A DNA stretch of 64,000 nt from Phoronis australis (GCA_002633005.1 NMRA01000272.1:186001-250000), one strand, 5' to 3'; shown: positions 37,401 to 49,600, counted from the stretch's first letter. Notes: generated by a model not told the origin, from the letters alone. Numbers and translations are program-made.

Positions 37401-40400
37401 CCAGCATCATGGCTTCACTGTTCTGTAGTTCAAGGACCTGTTTCTTCAATGCACTAGGAGACCTGACAACCATGCAAATTCTCTTAATTGCAATATGTGA
37501 AACTCACCTTGACATTACATTAATTGACAATTACTATAGTGGTCAATGCTATAGTGGTCAATGCTATAGTGGTCAATGCTATGGTGGTCAATGCTATGGT
37601 GGTCAATGCTATGGTGGTCAATGCTATGGTGGTCAATGCTATGGTGGTCAATGCTATGGTGGTCAATGCTATGGTGGTCAATGCTATGGTGGTCAATNNN
37701 NNNNNNNNNNNNNNNNGCTATAGTGGTCAATGCTATAGTGGTCAATGCTATAGTGGTCAATGCTATAGTGGTCAATGCTATAGTGGTCAATGCTATAGTG
37801 GTCAATGCTATAGTGGTCAATGCTATAGTGGTCAATGCTATAGTGGTCAATGCTATAGTGGTCAATGCTATAGTGGTCCATACAACGACTTACAGACATT
37901 TATTAATCTCTCGGATTTTTGCAAATAGGATTTTGTGTTCATTATGTTGTTTTAATGTCTTTGTAGTTCACGACAGCACCATTCATTGTGAAATGAATGT
38001 TCATAGCAGGTGCCATAACACTGTATTGAAATAATAATTATTACCTAATGGCAGCCTCGTTTTTTTCCTCAAAACTTTCTCTGCTCATAATTATTATAAA
38101 AAACATACTGGTGAACAACCTCTGAATGTTTCTCAAGTTAGCTCACTTGCACTTTAAGTAAAAGCTGACAGATGGTATGCTAAAGAGGATTAGGGGTGGT
38201 GACATGACCCATGAAACAGTGAAAATAGATAATATTCAAATTAAACACGACATGACAAGACATGGATAGGAGCAGTCAAGTGAAACATGGAACAGCAAAA
38301 ATAGATTGGAGCATTCAAGTGACAAATAACACGTCGAGAAATCAATAGGAGCAGTAAACTGACTCGTGATATAGAGATATCAAAAATGAATAGAAGAGAA
38401 ATGATACATGCCATTTAAGAATGGGATGACACACAATAGTATAATGACACAAGTCAAAACGGGAGAAGTATAGTGATGCAAAAATGTAAGAGGCGGGAAG
38501 ACTCAAGTGAGCCAATTAATGAAACACTGGTAAGTGTAGATGAACAAGACTTTTGTGATTCTTCAGCCTGGCAAGTCACCGTCATTATGATCCGTGTTTC
38601 AATAATTTGGCTGCAAACATTATTTTCACGATAAGGTGGAATTACACTGGTGATGCTGTCCATTACAACTACATTATTTTCACGATAAGGTGGAATTACA
38701 CTGGTGATGCTGTCCATTACAACTACATCGGTTTTCCAAGAACTATGTGAACAAGCCAAACTGGACACTTATATCACAAGGTGTTATAATCCTCTGGGCC
38801 CAGGTTATAATCTCTGTACTCAAAACTAGACTCTAAAATTGACCAATGGCATGGCACATGATACTAAGAGAGAAAACTTACCAATTTGCAATCGAATCTC
38901 CCAAAGTGACTGGTTGAATTTCGTGTCTGTGTCTAAGTCCAAAGACTAGACCATGGGTGCAGAGTTTTTAGGGAAAATCAATATGAAATGAAAATTGCAC
39001 ACTTCCACTTACTGGACAGACTGGCTGAGTCGTTTAAGTTCCTCTATTCTCTTTTTCATCTCCTTCAAGCACAAATTGAAAACAGTCATTTAGAAAACAT
39101 AGCTAGCTACATATGTTGACACATTAGATTGTGGCAAAACGCCTGACTGTAAAGACAGCTTTGTTGAAACACAACATTCGTATTAGTCACTGCACAGAAA
39201 ACAACAAAATAATGTATTGTTTAAAAATGGAATCGGGGTTTAAAAAATATTTCATTTGACAAACTTTACCTCATTCTCAACCTGTAGTTGGCTGGCTTGT
39301 GCCAGTCTTTCCTCAAGTCGCTTGCATTTCATCTCAGCCCCATCACGTTGCTCTTTGAAAAGCAGAATATTTTCACTTCTTTCTCTGAAATTATCAATTA
39401 ATGTTAAGCAACAAATAAATAATATACAACTTCACATTCGTTCTCAAATGTTTTGTCAACAATACACAATGAAATTTTTAAGACTGTAAGACAAAAGAAC
39501 CGACCTCAGTTGCGCTAAAAATTCCAAGATGGTCTCTTTTAACACTTGTCAGAAAAAGATGAAAATTATCAACTGAAGCAATGATACATGACAGCAAAAA
39601 TAGAGGCACCGTGAAAACTGAGGTTGAAATGTCCCAAACTATCAATACCTAAGTAGGGCATTATCTTCCCTCAACTTGGCAACCTCCCTTTCAAGTTTGG
39701 GTAACGAGGCAAGCTGGCTCTTCAGAAGTAGTCCCACTTTGCTGTCTTCTTCCACACGTTTTAGCTTGTCTTCAAGTTCCTACGAGTATTTGCTAATGAT
39801 TATTTCCTGAACACTGATCTACGAACACTAAATACAGCAAATCCGCACAAAATCCGTACACACATATTAAAACAATGCAACAGTTTTTATACAGATTCAC
39901 CTTTCACATCTACCTTTGTGGCCCACTTTATCAAAGAAGGAGCATGGGGTTGTATCTAAGTTTGTCGTAGTCTCAGCTGTAACTGACACATATTTAATTC
40001 ATTAAGAACAGTTTACAAAAACAAAATCTTAAGTGAAAATACGGAGAACAGTCGAACTTCCATTGGTTACAACACTGTTCTAGTCGAAAAATACTATTAT
40101 GATACTTTTGCATTCACAAATTTCCCACAACTAATAAAAGCTACAACTGAGTGTACAGTCTTTCACAAAGTGAACGCAAGACAAGGGGTTAGTAGTTAAG
40201 TCTGAGTGTAGCATCCACTTATTAATGCGCGTCCCAAGAACTGGCTGAGGATAACAGCACCTGTTAGAGTATTAGGCATTACAGCCATTCTGAGATAAGA
40301 CCAATTTGGAGCCTCACCTCGACTTTATGCGAAGACACAAGAAGCTTAGCCCTGTAGTCATCACACTTGCTTCTAAATTCTTGTGTCTTTTGCCTGAAAA

Positions 40401-43400
40401 TATTTGTTTGTAGTTCAATATTCGGCAAAATTGAATGTTTAGAAATGTCCAATCAGTTTTGCTTATCTACTAACTAGACTAAGTCAAAAGTGTGACAGCA
40501 AGATTGTGTAAAATTCAGAGATCTTTGCATTTACTATTTCCAACAACTGATAATTGAAAGCAACAACAGAGACTCACATAGCACCATGATGATGTTGGTC
40601 ATCATTTTGTAGGTAGTCTGTTCATCTACACTACCAGGGAAGCATAAAACACTAGAAGCTATCTCTGTACAACCCAACCTGGTACTAAGATTGATTTGAG
40701 TCAAGAGCAGTAAGAACTCTGACTCATGTCTCTCATTACAGTTGTCTGTCACAACTCAATGTTAATTGCAATTTCCTCAAGAGTAGTTTTCCTCTGACAT
40801 TGGGAATACGTGATTGTGTCATAGAAAAACAATACTGTAAAAACAAATACCAACCCTATGTTAGAGTTCACTTTAGGGCGATTAGTGCTGCGCGTGGCCA
40901 CATTAATCATAACATAGACTACAGAATCAATCAGCAAGAGCAATGCAGAACAATGATATGCACCCACCATATGCGTCACGAATGGTAAAGTTATAAGGGG
41001 TACTGTACTTTTTAAATATTTCCACAGCAGTCAGATGTATCCAAAAGTCAACATAAGTAGTGCTCTCCTCATTAGGAAAACACATATTAAATTTCATGAA
41101 GACCCTAGGAAGAACTTGGACTCAATATAAACATGTATGCCAAACTTACAAAGATCCATTAAGGAACTTAGTAAACGGCGAGGCAGGCACAAAAAATAAA
41201 TTGCCACTGCGGGTCACCACATTAGTCAGATCTGTCTAAAAATCAACAGCAGTTGTGCTAAATTCGTAAACAAATTCGTAAAGCCAAATTTCATAAAGAT
41301 CCACAAAAAATGGTATATACTGCACAGCAGTGAACAGATCCACTCAAAAATCATTGCCATCCATTCATAGCTTTACAGCAGCACATCTGCCAAATTTCAT
41401 AATGATCCTGCAAGGGGTTTAGGAGATACAGCAGGTGATGCCAGATGCCCAGACAGAGATGACGGCAATATGCATCCAACCTAATTTATGTGCATGTGGG
41501 TACATATTAGGTTTTGAATACTCTAAGTGATCTATTCATCACTGGCTTGTACATTATATCTGCACCTGATTTCACCAGCCTGTTGCGTAGTCAGCTCACC
41601 AATCTGTCTCCGTAATGAGTAAGATTCTGACTGATACTGGGTGACTTGTGACGACAGCTGGCTCATCTTCTCTTGAAGTTTGTCTCTTTCCTGGACATCA
41701 ACATAACATTTCGCAAAATTCTTACAAGAGCAATTTGTACAAGACACAGCAACAAAACCTTTAGGAGGAATTGGAGTGTTTCAACCTTTCATTAATTGTT
41801 AATGGAGACATGCAAGGCAAGAGCTGAACACAAATACGATAAAAATAATTATGAAAGATTACCTGGTAACTTGTTGGACAACTGAGAGGTGGGAAAAGCA
41901 AAGGTCAAATTTGTAAAAAGAAGTGCACTCTGCTATCAACATACAGTGGTAAAATCTTAAGACTATCATTCAAGTAATCCCCATCCTGATTTTTCAAAAC
42001 TTTAGCCACTTTCAAACACCTAAACTTGGCTTAATGACCATTTCCTAGTATAATTTCTAAATTTAAATGCCCTGAACATGAACAGATGTTGTATTTATAA
42101 ATACGTAATGTAGTCAAGAAGAGGGTATTACGTTCAGAAATTGTTAAACCAATGAAAATTCAAGAGATATAATACACTTTATGAAAACTATTTCTGATGA
42201 TTTCAATTAAGCCACCTACTAAAACCTGGCTTCCTCCACACTAAAATTATAAGGTAATAATTCAGTTATTCATACTTGATGCATTTCTGTAATGTTCGAC
42301 TGTTTTTCCTTCAGCAAAGTGTCAACTTTACTTTGTAACAAATTCATTTTCTCTTGGTTATTCTCTCTTTCTCCTTTTAATAGATCAGCATAGCGGTCGC
42401 AGCGTTCTTTAACAAACTTGAACTGGATTGCGAGTTCTTCATATTTTCTGTGTTCAGTCTGCAACAATGAATGTATTATTACAGCATCTTAGACAAACAA
42501 TCTTGCACAATAATCCAGACAAAAAATTAAAAAATCATGGCGTAGACCGTTAACAGTCAAATTTTGATGCTTAATAACTAATAATGACAATAACAACAAA
42601 ATCTCAGAACATTCTAAAGGTAAACACAATAGAGTTAACACTCGATTGACAAACACTTCACTACTACAAGCGTGGTGATCGCTACAGATGTCTACATTAT
42701 TTTAACACGACTTCCACTGTACCTGAACTTCTGTCTTAGCAATATCCAACTGTGCTTCAACATCGCAGCGAGCTCTTTTTCGCGATGACTCCATATTGGT
42801 TAGCTGAGTCTTTAGTTGACTTATGGTGCTTCTCGCCAACTGTAGCTCTGACTGAACACTCACTAGTTTTCTCTCTTTCTCTGCATGTAAAACATAAGTT
42901 TCTCCACACATACATATGCGATATACTCAATGATTAAATCAATACAACATTCTGATCACTCATGAATTACCCAGTAGTAATAAAACTAAAAATCAAATAA
43001 TTCAAGGTCATGATCTCTTCAAATCGAGATGAACATAATAAGTAGCATTTCACTTTATCAGAACGGTGTGAAATTTTTGCATCAATCCATCTTTTACTTA
43101 TTCAAAAGTAGCAGCAATATGTTTTTAGCATCACTCTAAGCATGTAGCACTGCCATTAATTGTAAAATGTAATGAACAGCTAGTCTTGTTTGACTACATT
43201 TCTCCATATCGCCGCAAGAATCCAAACATAGTGTTCTATTCAGACCCCTATTCTGTTCTGATGGTGATGCAGCATGGCATGGAAATGCTACCTCATAGAT
43301 CATTTCACGAGCCAACGTCATGTTTTTTGTAGGTTAAGAATTGTCAGCAGAGACTTTCTAAGTATAGCTCAATGCATCTAAAATAACAAATATGTTTTAT

Positions 43401-43640
43401 CATGCTGTAATATAAGCATATATTAAGCAAGCTTAGTGCACAATCCTCACCCAATGGAGACTCAGCAGTGAAGCTACTTGTGTCCGACAAGTTACTGAAG
43501 TCCAATCGTTTACAATGTTTATCACCGAGTGGCTCATCATTGACTGAAACAGGCCTGTGATCAGAGATGAAGTCTGCAAAATGCCGCTTCATTCGAATAA
43601 CAGCAGTACTCTCATTGTCGAGCGATGCATTCAGATCCAT
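31401..43640 (-). CDS. MAD1L1: Mitotic spindle assembly checkpoint protein MAD1, ~730 aa, 15 coding exons
   Basis: Exons in transcript order: 43640-43451, 42880-42723, 42458-42276, 41690-41566, 40393-40318, 39779-39649, 39384-39270, 39062-39013, 37462-37376, 37123-36784, 35808-35732, 34717-34627, 33873-33654, 32371-32181, 31559-31401; phases add up to 2193 nt. Long coiled coil; RLQRRLLLVTKERDG, LQGDYDPTTTKVIHFSHNP (Mad2-interacting motif), YQLTGYQI, MQLLETDFS, DSIPCFLSNVTLDLFSRQT match MAD1 as I recall it. Confidence 0.93.
32523..32951. mobile_element. ~430-bp MITE (Harbinger-like ends) in the penultimate MAD1 intron
   Basis: GGCCCTGTCACAACATTCTGGACAAGCCTTGCGAGCAACTTGC ... GCAAGTTGCTCCCAAGGCTACTCCGGAATGATGTGACAGCGCC; extra right-end copy at ~33000-33030; GC/CpG-rich relative to the flanks. 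Confidence 0.75.
33180..33282. repeat. 33-bp tandem repeat x3
   Basis: ATGACAAAGTGGAAGTAGTCTTCCCTAAGTATC-type units. Confidence 0.75.
33406..33702 (-). repeat. ~150-bp tandem duplication covering a MAD1 exon end, its GC donor and intron start
   Basis: 33406-33553 aligns to 33556-33702 (AACAGCAAATTT.GTTCACACAAAAGG, TTAAATTAAGGTCATTGCCTT, CCACCATCAC in both). Confidence 0.85.
35048..35327 (+). mobile_element. Penelope-like element remnant (GIY-YIG endonuclease, pseudogenised)
   Basis: Translates KRCGVIYKYKCGECTDNYIGVTGR*LSTRVKDHR ... AIQEH ... SLNRDPGLDLPVVY, the Penelope GIY-YIG and LNRDxG motifs, with an in-frame stop. Confidence 0.8.
37534..37878. repeat. 15-bp minisatellite (CTATRGTGGTCAATG)n with assembly gap
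   Basis: >20 units, A and G variants in blocks, run of N at ~37698-37716. Confidence 0.97.
38617..38728. repeat. 54-bp exact tandem duplication
   Basis: ACATTATTTTCACGATAAGGTGGAATTACACTGGTGATGCTGTCCATTACAACT at 38617 and 38671. Confidence 0.9.
38796..38958. mobile_element. ~165-bp MITE, inverted relative of 7297-7462
   Basis: GGGCCCAGGTTATAATCTCTGTACTCAAAACTAGACTCTAAAATTGACCAATGGCATGGCAC matches the reverse complement of the 7400-7462 end. Confidence 0.6.
41030..41506 (-). mobile_element. Degraded DINE-1/HINE-like element, same family as 53669-54969
   Basis: Reverse complement of 41450-41506 reads TATGTACCCACAT...GCATATTGCCGTCATCTCTGTCTG, matching TATGCACCCACAT...GCATTATGCCGTCATCTCTGTCCG at 53673; repeated GCCAAATTTCAT.AAGATCC units. 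Confidence 0.65.
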
Positions 43641-44004
43641 GGCTCTGAAAGTGTATTAACAGCAACACTCCAATTGTCAAGTTGGCTTTTAAACTTAAAC
43701 AGCCCATGGCTCTAGTGTAACAAAAGTGTTCTTAAAGGTATATCGATCACTGCTTTTCAATATGACTGCTTCCTTGGGATATCCCATTTTACACAAAAGC
43801 TATATCCAATGTTTTGATTTAATTTTGTGCCATTAAAATATCTAGATAGGAATTATGACACTACATTGAGGGATTCCAACAATAGCCGGGCTACCACGCG
43901 TATGATGGCGGAGAACCTCAGGAAGATCCGACGCGAGAGGACTTCCAGGAAGATACAAGGTCTGGTGTTACCAATTTGAGTAGCAACCAAAACTGGCATG
44001 GTCT

Positions 44005-44432
44005 CTGAGTATCTATACTTCTCCTCAGTCTGGGAATCCCCCACTCGAAAAAATACAGCGTAGAGCAGCCAGGTTCGTCCTAAATGACCACTCAAGGCAC
44101 TCCTCAGTCTCACTCATGCTTACAACTCTCAAATGGCCCACCCTTCAAGAAAGACGAGCTCAGAACAAACTATCCCTTCTGTACAAGACCGTACATAACC
44201 TGGTTGGTATTCCCAACTCATACCTTCCACCCTTACGTATCTCTAGAACACGTAACTCCCACTGTCACACCTTTGAGAGATCATACATCTGCACTGCATA
44301 CTACGCAAACTCTTTCTTCCCATTTACCATTTTACTCTGGAACAGACTCCCACAATTCATCATCTCATCAGAAAAAATAGAGATGTTCACAGGTCCCATC
44401 TTGAACATCAATCTTACACAGTAAACAATAAA
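44005..44432 (+). mobile_element. 3' end of a CR1/L2-group LINE ORF2 (degraded)
   Basis: SSVW..LEKIQRRAARF then LKWPTLQERRAQNKLSLLYK...RTRNSH...YANSFFPFTILLWNRLP, the typical post-RT C-terminus of CR1/L2-group elements. Confidence 0.8.
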
Positions 44433-44436
44433 ACCT

Positions 44437-44900
44437 GCGTAGCCCTGAGGAAATGGTTGGGAGTACCACCAAGTTTTATGAGTGTGGGTCTATACAGCAA
44501 GTCAGCAGCAGTCGCCTTACCAACAAGGTCGCTAGTAGAGGATTACAAGGTGGGGAGAGCTAGAGCTTGGATGACATTGAGGGACTCCAATGATAGCTTG
44601 GTGAGAAGTACCAGAGTAGAGATCATGGCAGGTACAAAGTGGGAAGAGGCAGCGGCCGTGGTGGAGGCAGAGAGCAGACTGCAAACAGTGTGAGTAGGAA
44701 GACAATGACTAGGCTTCGTACCAACAAAGAGGTAGAAGACAACAAAAGGAAAGGAACGAAGAGATATGGTGCTTCAGGAGATACACATTGCTGAGGACAA
44801 GAAGAAAGGTGCTGGGCAAATGGATGGCATGAAATAGCTGTTTGAGAAAGAAGATCATTCCAAAGGATCTGTAGTCATCAGAAAGTCGGAGACTCGGCTT
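44437..44900 (+). mobile_element. Hero-clade (RLE-type) non-LTR retrotransposon fragment
   Basis: LRKWLGVPPSFMSVGLYSKS..LPTRSLVEDYKVGRAR..LRDSND..V..GTKW..AAVVEAESRL resembles the post-RT region of Hero elements as I recall it; disrupted downstream. Confidence 0.7.
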
Positions 44901-44970
44901 TGTGCAGTGTCCCTGGTGGGAGTTTGTGATTATACGAAAGCGAACTACAAGGTTGGATACATAGAACAAG

Positions 44971-45643
44971 ACCAGACTGGGGTTATTGTTTACAATCCGA
45001 CTTCATTAACGTACATACTTGATATTAACATTTTCTGAATCCTCTCGTCAGGGTGATCATGGTGATTCCAAAAATGTATTACTGGTACCGATTAGGCTCT
45101 TTTTATTCATGCATTCACCGTTTTTACGAGGTGTTCATTTGCGGCAGCCGATCTGGAGTGACCGCCATTATAAACCTGCGACACCTGTCGACAGGAATGA
45201 TAACTACAACGATCATGCGTGTGTCGAATAGACCCCTAAATTGGCTAGTATGTTGAAGATACCGCGTGGCATGTTAGGGAAACTCTGAGTAAAAAAACAG
45301 TAATGGTCATTTATAAAGGATTCCCTCTTCAAAACTTCATTAGAAAAAACACAAGAGTGTGTTCTCGCGGACAAATGTCGTACTCGAAAACACTTGACAT
45401 CTCGCGGTTAACCGTTAGTTATCAATCCTACCGACAGGTGTCGCACTTTTAAAAATGGCTGCCTCACTAAATCCGCGTTGCGAATGACCGCTTTGGAAAA
45501 ACTTGGAAATTGTGAATAATAATCGACCAATCAGTACAAGTAATATACATTTTTGGAATCACCATAACTAGAGGATTCAGAAAATAGTAGTATCAAGTAT
45601 GTACGTTAATGGAGTCGGATTGTAAACACTAACCCAGACTGGT
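44971..45643. mobile_element. ~670-bp foldback/MITE element with long TIRs
   Basis: TGTTTACAATCCGACTTCATTAACGTACATACTTGATA...ATGGTGATTCCAAAAATGTAT versus ATACATTTTTGGAATCACCAT...TATCAAGTATGTACGTTAATGGAGTCGGATTGTAAACA; inner inverted pair GCGACACCTGTCG (~45178) / CGACAGGTGTCGC (~45432). Confidence 0.85.
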
Positions 45644-45919
45644 TTATTAAGCCAACATGTAATATACATAAAGAAACACGTGGTTACAGGAACATGTGGT
45701 CACTGGGAAGAGTCAAGTGATTGACAGTCACAGTGACTGTTAGTGGCCGCTATACTAACTAACATAATCATCAAGATAGAATTCTTGACAGAGCATATTG
45801 TGCTTCAATAGCCTTGGTACAAAGCTGTATGCTAATTAAATATACAGCTTTGTGTCGATGTGGGTAAAAAGTGGTAAGATAAAATCCGAAAAACCGAATT
45901 TCAGAACAAATTTTGCTGC

Positions 45920-46280
45920 TGCGAAGTTGTTGCAAAAATTAAGAAAATGGCGCATGCACGTGGCATGAGCGTACTGTTTTCAAAATGACAACATACTTTT
46001 CATTGTAACAAAAGGTCGAGAATGGCGCAAGAAAATGACGTTTGTTGCATTGTTTTTCACTTAAATGGTTGATTGTAACGGGCAGTGTGAGTGTTGGTTG
46101 ACTCATGGCAGATTTTGCATGCAGGGCCCCAGTCTTTAGCTTTACATGTCGAAACAAGTTTCACTGTGTCTGTGACGAGCAGAACTACCCTGGCTGTGTG
46201 CGATTTCGGGGTCTATGGAAGATTAACATACAGTGGTTCCTAGCTGTATTTTGAGGATAGTCTTCATACAGCTAGCTGGC
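45920..46280 (+). repeat. Interspersed repeat, copy 1 (copy 2 at 48698-49017)
   Basis: Shared blocks ACTGTTTTCAAAATGAC, ACAAAAGG..GAGAAT, TGTAACGGGCA, GTGACGAGC, GATAGTCTTCATACA.CTAGCTGGC in the same order. Confidence 0.75.
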
Positions 46281-46456
46281 TGGCTAGTGCTTTGAATAGC
46301 CAATGCCAATTACTCAGCTGTGTAGGGCACAGGCATGGTCGTACCTTGTCACGGTTGTGGGTCATTCACTACACCGTCTACAGCGACGAAAAACAAAGAT
46401 CATAGTTGTAATGAAACGTGTAACGTGAAAGTTTACGTGTTAACTGAAAAACTTAC

Positions 46457-46530
46457 CTCGAGCGCTCAAGGAGCTGCGCTAGCCCTAAACTAATGACAAA
46501 GCGCTCTCACAACTGGAATTCGAGCACCAA
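46457..46530 (-). other. MAD1L1: Probable non-coding first (5'UTR) exon of MAD1; upstream boundary approximate
   Basis: Perfect minus-strand donor GAG|GTAAGT at 46457/46456; the ATG exon starts at an acceptor TTTCAG|AGCCATG (43644), so an upstream UTR exon is likely. Confidence 0.6.
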
Positions 46531-46605
46531 GCAAGATAGTTTTTTCTAATAGCCAATAGAGGTCAGGAGTGGACTATCCAGAAGAGGTCGCTGTAATCAC
46601 AAAAG
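46457..46605. promoter_or_regulatory. Compact bidirectional promoter shared by MAD1 (-) and NOL12 (+)
   Basis: Only ~150 bp between the MAD1 first donor (46457) and the NOL12 ATG (46606); AGCCAAT box at 46551-46557; locally CpG-rich. Confidence 0.6.
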
Positions 46606-49600
46606 ATGGGAAAGGTGCCGAAAAATCGTGCTTCAAAGAAAATCTTAATTTTTGACGAAAAAGCTCGACAGTAAGTTAATGTCCGTCACGTATCTAGTGG
46701 AAACAGACTGTGGGATATCTGTTTCATCAGCTAGGTTGGCCACACTTAGCTGATAGCCCTAACCAGCTTACGTGTGTATTTTCCCAACGAAAAGGGACCG
46801 TGTGCGGCACTAGTCGGATAATGCCTTATAAATGGATCCTAACTTATTCCAAATAAATCCATTACATGTTGGTCTAAATGAATGATTTTGGTATCTTTGC
46901 ATTCCTCAGACATCTGGCTATCCGTACAAATCCTTTTCACGACCCTCAATTACTCTGGTCTATAACTACGCCATTCCGAACATGGTCCAGTTTAGCCACG
47001 CGCATCGTGAAATTGGCAGCCATTTCAGGGAACTTACTATATCTAGCGCTATCTATCGGCGATTTGCTACAATACACGCTGTTCCTTTTTCATCAGTCAA
47101 CATGAACGACGATAACATGACGATGACAGATACGATCATGAGAAAGACGACTAAGGTGATGACGAGAGCAGACGTACGATGATTAATAACGATGACGTTA
47201 ATAATTGACGAAATCGACCAATGATGTTGACTGATGAAAAAGGAACAGCGCGTTGTAGCAAATCACCGATAGAAGGCGCTAGATATAGTAAGTTCCCTGA
47301 AATGACTGCCGATTTCACGATGCGCGTGGCTAAACTGGACCATGTTCGGAATGGCGTAGTTATAGACCAGAGTAATTGAGGGTCGTGATACCAAACTCAT
47401 TCATTTAGACCTATATTTAGTGGATTTATTTGGAATAAGTTAGGGTCCATTATATCCGACTAGTGCCGGTGTACTGAGTCAGTGTGCCAAGTTATGCTTC
47501 ATTGCTTGCGTGCCCGAGATAAATTTTGAGTGAAAAATATACGGAAAACCAGAAAACTCAGACTTTCATGTCAATAAACCTTTAAGACGTTTTTCGATCA
47601 TTGTACTCTTGCAATTTCTTGCAATTAAGTTAAAACCAGTCCGTTAGGCTAAGGTCAAAACGTTTTTAATCATGTGACCCATAAATTGCATAATTTTCAC
47701 ATTTATGATTTAAGACAAAAAAATGAAAGTGAGATAATTAAAGTTTTGGTAGTAGATTTATAGCCAGTAATAGTCGTATAGATGGGTCCCTAATTTAAAA
47801 TTGATTTGAGAATCAGTTACTACCACTGAATAACGTCCATCATACCACATTATCAGCCTGAAATGGCCTCTGTTAAATAACTCGTTCAGTTATTCAACGT
47901 GGATTGAATAAAATTTTGGCAGGGAAATTTTGGTCGGTTTCAAACTCGCTCCGCAAGAGTTTCAAGTCGTCAACTTTACCACTGCACCACTCGGCAGCTG
48001 ACGTCATCGAACGTGAAAATAGAATACTTAAATGTGTGGGTTTTATTGTACAAGGACAAAAACCCGAGGTGGTTCATAGAAAAAACACGTGTTGGATATT
48101 TATTTTATAAAATGCATCGTTTGCACAAACTCCGTCTCCCCCACTCCATTACAGACCTTCGTTGCACCTGTTCCAGCACTGCCTTGGTCCCAGGTATTGC
48201 ACCGGCCCTTATTTGGATTCAATGTGGTCTATTTTTTTCTCGCGGCTGTTTTTTCTCAAATGCGGAGAGAGGGTGGCCAGTTTCGTACTGGTCTTGGTGA
48301 CGTCAGTCTGTCGGCTCAACGGCCTGGTGACGTCACTCCATCGGCTTAATTTTACTCCCTCCGGCTTCTGTAGTGTATATAATTCATCGGGCCTGTCGCC
48401 GCCAAAATTAATAATGCCTCATTAAAAATTTTTTACTGTTCCTTGAGTAAACTAAATTATTTACCCGGGTGTTGGAAAATTGGCGTTTTTCAGTTATTCT
48501 ACTTCCAAAATTGCGTTGCGCTCTTTGAGGGCCATTGCGTCACCTATTGGCCAATTTCTATGTTCTTCAATCAACTGTGAGGCTGCGTACATGTCATAAC
48601 AATCGGAAGTGGTCTCATTTCGTTACAAATTTTTACTATTTTAGTACCAGAAAACCCAATTTCAGACCAAACTCTCGAGATCTATCACAAAATTTTAGGA
48701 AACGGCGCGTGTCACGAGTACCGTATGCACTGTTTTCAAAATGACGACAGATTTTCCTTTGTTACAAAAGGCGGAGAATTACGAAAAATAACGTTTATTA
48801 GATTTTTTTACTTCTATAAACGGATGTAACGGGCATGGTGAATGTCGGTTCATTCCCAGATGCTGCGTGCACTCCTGCAGGTTGTTAGCTCTAAGTTTTA
48901 CGACGAGGTGACGAGCTGAGCACCCGGGTTGTGTGAAATTTCGTGGTCTAACCGGCGGAGCTCTACACACGGCTACCTGGCTGTATGTTGACGATAGTCT
49001 TCATACACCTAGCTGGCTTTCTACCTCAAAAATAGATGACTTTAAACTTAATATGTACAAGGAAATGCCTAAACTAATAAATCATGAAAAACTGTCATAA
49101 ACACATTCCAATAAATTGAGCACGCGCAACAATCGCATGTTCAACAAATGGCATTGTACTAACATTTATATGCTATATGAAAAATAAGATGCGCGATTTC
49201 AATAAAAACAACTTCGTTAATTCAGTAAAATTGATCTGTCATTTTCTTTCACTCGTAAATCATCGAACTCCAATTTGAATGTGAGTAACGTGTTGTCGGG
49301 ATCCTTTGACTTGGACATTATATTCAGTAACCTGTGATAACCTACTTTCACGGTGGAAGCTCAGTATGATAAGAGCCCTCGTGGATTTTGTAGAATTATC
49401 CACTCTAGATTACGGGGGATAATGACTTCGCCATGTAATAATCTATATTTATTCATTGGGAGTACCTGGTTCTCAAATGAGGGACCCATGTATCCGACTA
49501 TTATATTTATGTCCAATTTATTATTCACAGGTAACTGTTTCCACACATATTGTTTTGTAATGGTGAAGATTGTAAGTTGAAATCATAAATGTCAATTTAA

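Noticed and set aside
37409-38034. Repetitive ORFs (GQCYG, VVNAM, SIDHH, MLWWS repeats)
   Set aside because: Translations of a 15-bp intronic minisatellite open in several frames; no splice or start support.
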